Source of the DNA: Eledone cirrhosa | Lineage: Eukaryota | NCBI GenBank assembly: GCA_964016885.1 | Contig: OZ024740.1 | Location: forward strand, 436,046,001 to 436,110,000 | DNA length: 64,000 nucleotides | Direction of reading: 5' to 3' | Part shown: positions 45,001 through 57,000 of the stretch, piece by piece | Position numbering within the stretch: the stretch's first letter is position 1 | Layout: each line of letters opens with the position of its first letter | Notes under the pieces: model-generated | Told to the model about the DNA's origin: nothing | The model's database searches: none | Seen by the model: the letters and a program-made list of their open reading frames with translations, nothing else | Program-made: the position numbers and the translations under genes

Positions 45001-48000
45001 TATATAAACCTCCCTTATCACTACCTAACAACCTTAGCCAATATATAAACCTCTCTTATCACTACCTAGCAACCTTAGCCAGTATATAAACCCCCCTTAT
45101 CACTACCTAGCAACCCTAGCCAGTATATAAACCTCCTTTATCACTACCTAGCAACCCTAGCCAGTATATAAACCTCCCTTATCACTACCTAGCAACCCTA
45201 GCCAGTATATAAACCTCCCTTATCACTACCTAGCAACCCTAGCCAGTATATAAACATTCCCTTATCACTACCTAGCAACCTCAGCCAGTATATAAACCTC
45301 CCTTATCACTACCTAGCAACCTTAGCCAGTATATAAGCCTCCCTTATTACTACCTAGCAACCTTAGCCAGTATATAAACCTCCCTTATCACTACCTAGCA
45401 ACCTCAGCCAGTATATAAACCTCCCTTATCCCTACCTAGCAACCCTAGCCAGTATATAAACCTACCTTATTACTACCTAGCAACCCTAGCCAGTATATAA
45501 ACATTCCCTTATCACTACCTAGCAACCTCAGCCTGTATATAAACCTCCCTTATTACTACCTAGCAACCTTAGCCAGTATATAAACCTCCCTTATCACTAC
45601 CTAGCAACCTTAACCAGTATATAAACCTCTCTTATCACTACCTAGCAACCTTAGCCAGTATATAAACCTCCCTTATCACTACCTAGCAACCCTAGCCAGT
45701 ATATAAACCTCCCTTATCACTACCTAGCAACCCTAGCCAGTATATAAACCTCCCTTATCACTACCTAGCAACCCTAGCCAGTATATAAACCTCCCTTATC
45801 ACTACCTAGCAACCTTAGCCAGTATATAAACCTCCCTTATCACTACCTAGCAACCCTAGCCAGTATATAAACCTCCCTTATCACTACCTAGCAACCCTAG
45901 CCAGTATATAAACCTACCTTATCCCTACCTAGCAACCCTAGCCAGTATATAAACCTCTCTTATCCCTACCTAGCAACCCTAGCCAGTATATAAACCTCCC
46001 TTATCCCTACCTAGCAACCCTAGCCAGTATATAAACCTCCCTTATCCCTACCTAGCAACCCTAGCCAGTATATAAACCTCCCTTATCCCTACCTAGCAAC
46101 CCTAGCCAGTATATAAACCTCCCTTATCACTACCTAGCAACCTTAGCCAGTATATAAACCTCCCTTATTACTACCTAGCAACCTTAGCCAGTATATAAAC
46201 CTCCCTTTATTACTACCTAGCAACCTTAGCCAGTATATAAACCTCCCTTATTACTACCTAGCAACCTTAGCCAGTATATAAACCTCCCTTATTACTACCT
46301 AGCAACCTTAGCCAGTATATAAACCTCTCTTATCACTACCTAGCAACCCTAGCCAGTATATAAACCTCCCTTATTACTACCTAGCAACCTTAGCCAGTAT
46401 ATAAACCCTCCCTTATCACTACCTAGCAACCTCAGCCAGTATATAAACCTCCCTTATCACTACCTAGCAACCCTAGCCAGTATATAAACCTCTCTTATCA
46501 CTACCTAGCAACCCTAGCCAGTACATAAACCTCCCTTATCCCTACCTAGCAACCCTAGCCAGTATATAAACCTCCCTTATCACTACCTAACAACCTTAGC
46601 CAATATATAAACCTCTCTTATCACTACCTAGCAACCTTAGCCAGTATATAAACCCCCCTTGTCCACTACCTAGCAACCCTAGCCAGTATATAAACCTCCC
46701 TTATTACTACCTAGCAACCCTAGCCAGTATATAAACCTCCCTTATTACTACCTAGCAACCTTAGCCAGTATATAAACCTCCCTTATTACTACCTAGCAAC
46801 CTTAGCCAGTATATAAACCTCTCTTATCACTACCTAGCAACCCTAGCCAGTATATAAACCTCCCTTATTACTACCTAGCAACCTTAGCCAGTATATAAAC
46901 CTCCCTTATCACTACCTAGCAACCTAAGCCAGTATATAACCTCCCTTATTACTACCTAGCAACCTTAGCCAGTATATAAAACTCCCTTATCACTACCTAG
47001 CAACCTTAGCCAGTATATAAACCTCTCTTATCACTACCTAGCAACCTTAGCCAGTATATAAACCTCCCTTATCACTACCTAGCAACCCTAGCCAGTATAT
47101 AAACCTCCCTTATCACTACCTAGCAACCCTAGCCAGTATATAAACCTACCTTATCCCTACCTAGCAACCCTAGCCAGTATATAAACCTCTCTTATCCCTA
47201 CCTAGCAACCCTAGCCAGTATATAAACCTCCCTTATCCCTACCTAGCAACCCTAGCCAGTATATAAACCTCCCTTATCCCTACCTAGCAACCCTAGCCAG
47301 TATATAAACCTCCCTTATCCCTACCTAGCAACCCTAGCCAGTATATAAACCTCCCTTATCACTACCTAGCAACCTTAGCCAGTATATAAACCTCCCTTAT
47401 TACTACCTAGCAACCTTAGCCAGTATATAAACCTCCCTTATTACTACCTAGCAACCTTAGCCAGTATATAAACCTCCCTTATTACTACCTAGCAACCTTA
47501 GCCAGTATATAAACCTCCCTTATTACTACCTAGCAACCTTAGCCAGTATATAAACCTCTCTTATCACTACCTAGCAACCCTAGCCAGTATATAAACCTCC
47601 CTTATTACTACCTAGCAACCTTAGCCAGTATATAAACCTCCCTTATCACTACCTAGCAACCTCAGCCAGTATATAAACCTCCCTTATCACTACCTAGCAA
47701 CCCTAGCCAGTATATAAACCTCTCTTATCACTACCTAGCAACCCTAGCCAGTACATAAACCTCCCTTATCCCTACCTAGCAACCCTAGCCAGTATATAAA
47801 CCTCCCTTATCACTACCTAACAACCTTAGCCAATATATAAACCTCTCTTATCACTACCTAGCAACCTTAGCCAGTATATAAACCCCCCTTGTCACTACCT
47901 AGCAACCCTAGCCAGTATATAAACCTCCCTTATTACTACCTAGCAACCCTAGCCAGTATATAAACCTCCCTTATTACTACCTAGCAACCCTTAGCCAGTA

Positions 48001-51000
48001 TATAAACCTCCCTTATTACTACCTAGCAACCTTAGCCAGTATATAAACCTCCCTTATTACTACCTAGCAACCTTAGCCAGTATATAAACCTCTCTTATCA
48101 CTACCTAGCAACCCTAGCCAGTATATAAACCTCCCTTATTACTACCTAGCAACCTTAGCCAGTATATAAACCTCCCTTATCACTACCTAGCAACCTAAGC
48201 CAGTTAACCTACCTACTACCTACTTAACCTTAACCATCTCTACCTCCTTATTACTACCTAGCAACCTTAGCCAGTATATAAAACTCCCTTATCACTACCT
48301 AGCAACCTTAGCCAGTATATAAACCTCTCTTATCACTACCTAGCAACCTTAGCCAGTATATAAACCTCCCTTATCACTACCTAGCAACCCTAGCCAGTAT
48401 ATAAACCTCCCTTATCACTACCTAGCAACCCTAGCCAGTATATAAACATTCCCTTATTACTACCTAGCAACTTCAGCCAGTATATAAACCTCCCTTATCA
48501 CTACCTAGCAACCCTTAGCCAGTATATAAACCTCCCTTATCCCTAACTAGCAACCCTAGCCAGTATATAAACCTCCCTTATTACTACCTAGCAACCCTAG
48601 CCAGTATATAAACCTCCCTTATCACTACCTAGCAACCCTAGCCAGTATATAAACCTCCCTTATCACTACCTAGCAACCTTAGCCAGTATATAAGCCTCCC
48701 TTATTACTACCTAGCAACCTCAGCCTGTATATAAACCTCCCTTATTACTACCTAGCAACCTTAGCCAGTATATAAACCTCCCTTATCACTACCTAGCAAC
48801 CTTAACCAGTATATAAACCTCTATTATCACTACCTAGCAACCTTAGCCAGTATATAAACCTCCCTTATCACTACCTAGCAACCCTAGCCCAGTATATAAA
48901 CCTCCCTTATCACTACCTAGCAACCCTAGCCAGTATATAAACCTCCCTTATCACTACCTAGCAACCCTAGCCAGTATATAAACCTCCCTTATCACTACCT
49001 AGCAACCTTAGCCAGTATATAAACCTCCCTTATCACTACCTAGCAACCCTAGCCAGTATATAAACCTCCCTTATCACTACCTAGCAACCCTAGCCAGTAT
49101 ATAAACCTACCTTATCCCTACCTAGCAACCCTAGCCAGTATATAAACCTCTCTTATCCCTACCTAGCAACCCTAGCCAGTATATAAACCTCCCTTATCCC
49201 TACCTAGCAACCCTAGCCAGTATATAAACCTCCCTTATCCCTACCTAGCAACCCTAGCCAGTATATAAACCTCCCTTATCACTACCTAGCAACCTTAGCC
49301 AGTATATAAACCTCCCTTATTACTACCTAGCAACCTTAGCCAGTATATAAACCTCCCTTATTACTACCTAGCAACCTTAGCCAGTATATAAACCTCCCTT
49401 ATTACTACCTAGCAACCTTAGCCAGTATATAAACCTCCCTTATTACTACCTAGCAACCTTAGCCAGTATATAAACCTCTCTTATCATTACCTAGCAACCC
49501 TAGCCAGTATATAAACCTCCCTTATTACTACCTAGCAACCTTAGCCAGTATATAAACCTCCCTTATCACTACCTAGCAACCTCAGCCAGTATATAAACCT
49601 CCCTTATCACTACCCTAGCAACCCTAGCCAGTATATAAACCTCTCTTATCACTACCTAGCAACCCTAGCCAGTACATAAACCTCCCTTATCCCTACCTAG
49701 CAACCCTAGCCAGTATATAAACCTCCCTTATCACTACCTAACAACCTTAGCCAATATATAAACCTCTCTTATCACTACCTAGCAACCTTAGCCAAGTATA
49801 TAAACCCCCCTTGTCACTACCTAGCAACCCTAGCCAGTATATAAACCTCCCTTATTACTACCTAGCAACCCTAGCCAGTATATAAACCTCCCTTATTACT
49901 ACCTAGCAACCTTAGCCAGTATATAAACCTCCCTTATTACTACCTAGCAACCTTAGCCAGTATATAAACCTCCCTTATTACTACCTAGCAACCTTAGCCA
50001 GTATATAAACCTCTCTTATCACTACCTAGCAACCCTAGCCAGTATATAAACCTCCCTTATTACTACCTAGCAACCTTAGCCAGTATATAACCTCCCTTAT
50101 CACTACCTAGCAACCTAAGCCAGTATATAACCTCCCTTATTACTACCTAGCAACCTTAGCCAGTATATAAAACTCCCTTATCACTACCTAGCAACCTTAG
50201 CCAGTATATAAACCTCTCTTATCACTACCTAGCAACCTTAGCCAGTATATAAACCTCCCTTATCACTACCTAGCAACCCTAGCCAGTATATAAACCTCCC
50301 TTATCACTACCTAGCAACCCTAGCCAGTATATAAACCTACCTTATCCCTACCTAGCAACCCTAGCCAGTATATAAACCTCTCTTATCCCTACCTAGCAAC
50401 CCTAGCCAGTATATAAACCTCCCTTATCCCTACCTAGCAACCCTAGCCAGTATATAAACCTCCCTTATCCCTACCTAGCAACCCTAGCCAGTATATAAAC
50501 CTCCCTTATCCCTACCTAGCAACCCTAGCCAGTATATAAACCTCCCTTATCACTACCTAGCAACCTTAGCCAGTATATAAACCTCCCTTATTACTACCTA
50601 GCAACCTTAGCCAGTATATAAACCTCCCTTATTACTACCTAGCAACCTTAGCCAGTATATAAACCTCCCTTATTACTACCTAGCAACCTTAGCCAGTATA
50701 TAAACCTCCCTTATTACTACCTAGCAACCTTAGCCAGTATATAAACCTCTCTTATCACTACCTAGCAACCCTAGCCAGTATATAAACCTCCCTTATTACT
50801 ACCTAGCAACCTTAGCCAGTATATAAACCTCCCTTATCACTACCTAGCAACCTCAGCCAGTATATAAACCTCCCTTATCACTACCTAGCAACCCTAGCCA
50901 GTATATAAACCTCTCTTATCACTACCTAGCAACCCTAGCCAGTACATAAACCTCCCTTATCCCTACCTAGCAACCCTAGCCAGTATATAAACCTCCCTTA

Positions 51001-54000
51001 TCACTACCTAACAACCTTAGCCAATATATAAACCTCTCTTATCACTACCTAGCAACCTTAGCCAGTATATAAACCCCCCTTGTCACTACCTAGCAACCCT
51101 AGCCAGTATATAAACCTCCCTTATTACTACCTAGCAACCCTAGCCAGTATATAAACCTCCCTTATTACTACCTAGCAACCTTAGCCAGTATATAAACCTC
51201 CCTTATTACTACCTAGCAACCTTAGCCAGTATATAAACCTCCCTTATTACTACCTAGCAACCTTAGCCAGTATATAAACCTCTCTTATCACTACCTAGCA
51301 ACCCTAGCCAGTATATAAACCTCCCTTATTACTACCTAGCAACCTTAGCCAGTATATAAACCTCCCTTATCACTACCTAGCAACCTAAGCCAGTATATAA
51401 CCTCCCTTATTACTACCTAGCAACCTTAGCCAGTATATAAAACTCCCTTATCACTACCTAGCAACCTTAGCCAGTATATAAACCTCTCTTATCACTACCT
51501 AGCAACCTTAGCCAGTATATAAACCTCCCTTATCACTACCTAGCAACCCTAGCCAGTATATAAACCTCCCTTATCACTACCTAGCAACCCTAGCCAGTAT
51601 ATAAACATTCCCTTATTACTACCTAGCAACTTCAGCCAGTATATAAACCTCCCTTATCACTACCTAGCAACCTTAGCCAGTATATAAACCTCCCTTATCC
51701 CTAACTAGCAACCCTAGCCAGTATATAAACCTCCCTTATTACTACCTAGCAACCCTAGCCAGTATATAAACCTCCCTTATCACTACCTAGCAACCCTAGC
51801 CAGTATATAAACCTCCCTTATCACTACCTAGCAACCTTAGCCAGTATATAAGCCTCCCTTATTACTACCTAGCAACCTTAGCCAGTATATAAACCTCCCT
51901 TATCACTACCTAGCAACCTTAGCCAGTATATAAACCTCCCTTATCACTACCTAGCAACCCTAGCCAGTATATAAACCTCCCTTATCACTACCTAGCAACC
52001 CTAGCCAGTATATAAACCTCCCTTATCACTACCTAGCAACCCTAGCCAGTATATAAACCTCCCTTATCACTACCTAGCAACCCTAGCCAGTATATAAACC
52101 TCCCTTATCACTACCTAGCAACCCTAGCCAGTATATAAACCTCCCTTATCACTACCTAGCAACCCTAGCCAGTATATAAACCTCCCTTATCACTACCTAG
52201 CAACCCTAGCCAGTATATAAACCTCCTTTATCACTACCTAGTAACCCTAGCCAGTATATAAACCTCCCTTATCACTACCTAGCAACCCTAGCCAGTATAT
52301 AAACCTCCCTTATCACTACCTAGCAACCCTAGCCAGTATATAAACCTCCCTTATCACTACCTAGCAACCCTAGCCAGTATATAAACCCCCCTTATCACTA
52401 CCTAGCAACCCTAGCCAGTATATAAACCTCTCTTATCACTACCTAGCAACCCTAGCCAGTATATAAACCTCTCTTATCACTACCTAGCAACCCTAGCCAG
52501 TATATAAACCTCCCTTATCACTACCTAACAACCTTAGCCAGTATATAAACCTCTCTTATCACTACCTAGCAACCCTAGCCAGTATATAAACCTCCCTTAT
52601 TACTACCTAGCAACCTTAGCCAGTATATAAACCCCCCTTGTCACTACCTAGCAACCCTAGCCAGTATATAAACCTCCCTTATTACTACCTAGCAACCCTA
52701 GCCAGTATATAAACCTCCCTTATTACTACCTAGCAACCTTAGCCAGTATATAAACCTCCCTTATCACTACCTAACAACCTTAGCCAGTATATAAACCTCT
52801 CTTATCACTACCTAGCAACCCTAGCCAGTATATAAACCTCCCTTATTACTACCTAGCAACCCTAGCCAGTATATAAACCTCCCTTATTACTACCTAGCAA
52901 CCCTAGCCAGTATATAAACCTCCCTTATCACTACCTAACAACCTTAGCCAGTATATAAACCTCTCTTATCACTACCTAGCAACCCTAGCCAGTATATAAA
53001 CCTCCCTTATTACTACCTAGCAACCTTAGCCAGTATATAAACCCCCCTTGTCACTACCTAGCAACCCTAGCCAGTATATAAACCTCCCTTATTACTACCT
53101 AGCAACCCTAGCCAGTATATAAACCTCCCTTATTACTACCTAGCAACCTTAGCCAGTATATAAACCCCCCTTGTCACTACCTAGAACCCTAGCCAGTATA
53201 TAAACCTCCCTTATTACTACCTAGCAACCCTAGCCAGTATATAAACCTCCCTTATTACTACCTAGCAACCTTAGCCAGTATATAAACCTCCCTTATTACT
53301 ACCTAGCAACCTTAGCCAGTATATAAACCTCCCTTATTACTACCTAGCAACCTTAGCCAGTATATAAACCTCCCTTATTACTACCTAGCAACCTTAGCCA
53401 GTATATAAACCCCCCTTGTCACTACCTAGCAACCCTAGCCAGTATATAAACCTCCCTTATTACTACCTAGCAACCCTAGCCAGTATATAAACCTCCCTTA
53501 TTACTACCTAGCAACCTTAGCCAGTATATAAACCTCCCTTGTCACTACCTAGAACCCTAGCCAGTATATAAACCTCCCTTATTACTACCTAGCAACCTTA
53601 GCCAGTATATAAACCCCCCTTGTCACTACCTAGCAACCCTAGCCAGTATATAAACCTCCCTTATTACTACCTAGCAACCCTAGCCAGTATATAAACCTCC
53701 CTTATTACTACCTAGCAACCTTAGCCAGTATATAAACCCCCCTTGTCACTACCTAGAACCCTAGCCAGTATATAAACCTCCCTTATTACTACCTAGCAAT
53801 CCTAGCCAGTATATAAACCTCCCTTATTACTACCTAGCAACCCTAGCCAGTATATAAACCTCCCTTATCCCTACCTAGCAACCCTAGCCAGTATATAAAC
53901 CTCTCTTATTACTACCTAGCAACCTTAGCCAGTATATAAACCTCCCTTATCACTACCTAGCAACCTCAGCCAGTATATAAACCTCCCTTATCACTACCTA

Positions 54001-57000
54001 GCAACCTTAGCCAGTATATAAACCTCCCTTATCACTACCTAGCAACCCTAGCCAGTATATAAACCTCCTTTATTACTACCTAGCAACCTTAGCCAGTATA
54101 TAAACCTCTCTTATCACTACCTAGCAACCTCAGCCAGTATATAAACCTCCCTCATCACTACCTAGCAACCTTAGCCAGTATATAAACCTCTCTTATCACT
54201 ACCTAGCAACCTCAGCCAGTATATAAACCTCCCTTATCACTACCTAGCAACCCTAGCCAGTATATAAACCTCCCTTAACACTACCTATCAACCTTAGCCA
54301 GTATATAAACCTCCCTTATCACTACCTAGCAACCCTAGCCAGTATATAAACCTCCCTTATTACTACCTAGCAACCTCAGCCAGTATATAAACCTCCCTTA
54401 TCACTACCTAGCAACCCTAGCCAGTATATAAACCTCCCTTATTACTACCTAGCAACCTCAGCCAGTATATAAACCTCCCTTATCACTACCTAGCAACCCT
54501 AGCCAGTATATAAACCTCCCTTAACACTACCTAGCAACCTTAGCCAGTATATAAACCTCCCTTATCACTACCTAGCAACCCTAGCCAGTATATAAACCTC
54601 CCTTATTACTACCTAGCAACCTCAGCCAGTATATAAACCTCCCTTATCACTACCTAGCAACCCTAGCCAGTATATAAACCTCCCTTATCACTACCTAGCA
54701 ACCTCAGCCAGTATATAAACCTCTCTTATCACTACCTAGCAACCTCAGCCAGTATATAAACCTCCCTTATCACTACCTAGCAACCTTAGCCAGTATATAA
54801 ACCTCCCTTATCCCTACCTAGCAACCCTAGCCAGTATATAAACCTCCCTTATTACTACCTAGCAACCTCAGCCAGTATATAAACCTCCCTTATCACTACC
54901 TAGCAACCCTAGCCAGTATATAAACCTCCCTTATTACTACCTAGCAACCTTAGCCAGTATATAAACCTCCCTTATCACTACCTAGCAACCCTAGCCAGTA
55001 TATAAACCTCCCTTATTACTACCTAGCAACCCTAGCCAGTATATAAACCTCCCTTATCACTACCTAGCAACCCTAGCCAGTATATAAACCTCCCTTATCA
55101 CTACCTAGCAACCCTAGCCAGTATATAAACCTCCCTTATCACTACCTAGCAACCCTAGCCAGTATATAAACCTCCCTTATCACTACCTAGCAACCCTAGC
55201 CAGTATATAAACCTCCCTTATCACTACCTAGCAACCCTAGCCAGTATATAAACCTCCCTTATCACTACCTAGCAACCCTAGCCAGTATATAAACCTCCCT
55301 TATCACTACCTAGCAACCCTAGCCAGTATATAAACCTCCCTTATCACTACCTAGCAACCCTAGCCAGTATATAAACCTCCCTTATCACTACCTAGCAACC
55401 CTAGCCAGTATATAAACCTCCCTTATCACTACCTAGCAACCTTAGCCAGTATATAAACCTCCCTTATCACTACCTAGTAACCCTAGCCAGTATATAAACC
55501 TCCCTTATCACTACCTAGCAACCTTAGCCAGTATATAAACCTCCCTTATCACTACCTAGCAACCTTAGCCAGTATATAAACCTCCCTTATCACTACCTAG
55601 CAACCTTAGCCAGTATATAAACCTCCCTTATCACTACCTAGTAACCCTAGCCAGTATATAAACCTCCCTTATCACTACCTAGCAACCCTAGCCAGTATAT
55701 AAACCTCCCTTATCACTACCTAGCAACCTTAGCCAGTATATAAACCTCTCTTATCACTACCTAGTAACCCTAGCCAGTATATAAACATTCCCTTATCACT
55801 ACCTAGCAACCTTAGCCAGTATATAAGCCTCCCTTATTACTACCTAGCAACCTTAGCCAGTATATAAACCTCTCTTATCACTACCTAGCAACCCTAGCCA
55901 GTATATAAACCTCCCTTATCACTACCTAGCAACCCTAGCCAGTATATAAACCTCCCTTATCACTACCTAGCAACCTTAGCCAGTATATAAGCCTCCCTTA
56001 TTACTACCTAGCAACCTTAGCCAGTATATAAACCTCCCTTATCACTACCTAGCAACCTTAGCCAGTATATAAACCTCCCTTATCACTACCTAGCAACCCT
56101 AGCCAGTATATAAACCTCCCTTATCACTACCTAGCAACCCTAGCCAGTATATAAACCTCCCTTATCACTACCTAGCAACCCTAGCCAGTATATAAACCTC
56201 CCTTATCACTACCTAGCAACCCTAGCCAGTATATAAACCTCCCTTATCACTACCTAGCAACCCTAGCCAGTATATAAACCTCCCTTATCACTACCTAGCA
56301 ACCCTAGCCAGTATATAAACCTCCCTTATCACTACCTAGTAACCCTAGCCAGTATATAAACCTCCCTTATCACTACCTAGCAACCCTAGCCAGTATATAA
56401 ACCTCCCTTATCACTACCTAGCAACCCTAGCCAGTATATAAACCTCCCTTATCACTACCTAGCAACCCTAGCCAGTATATAAACCTCCCTTATCACTACC
56501 TAGTAACCCTAGCCAGTATATAAACCTCCCTTATCACTACCTAGCAACCCTAGCCAGTATATAAACCTCTCTTATCACTACCTAGCAACCCTAGCCAGTA
56601 TATAAACCTCTCTTATCACTACCTAGCAACCCTAGCCAGTATATAAACCTCCCTTATCACTACCTAACAACCTTAGCCAGTATATAAACCTCTCTTATCA
56701 CTACCTAGCAACCCTAGCCAGTATATAAACCTCCCTTATTACTACCTAGCAACCTTAGCCAGTATATAAACCCCCCTTGTCACTACCTAGCAACCCTAGC
56801 CAGTATATAAACCTCCCTTATTACTACCTAGCAACCCTAGCCAGTATATAAACCTCCCTTATCCCTACCTAGCAACCCTAGCCAGTATATAAACCTCCCT
56901 TATTACTACCTAGCAACCTTAGCCAGTATATAAACCCCCCTTGTCACTACCTAGAACCCTAGCCAGTATATAAACCTCCCTTATTACTACCTAGCAACCC

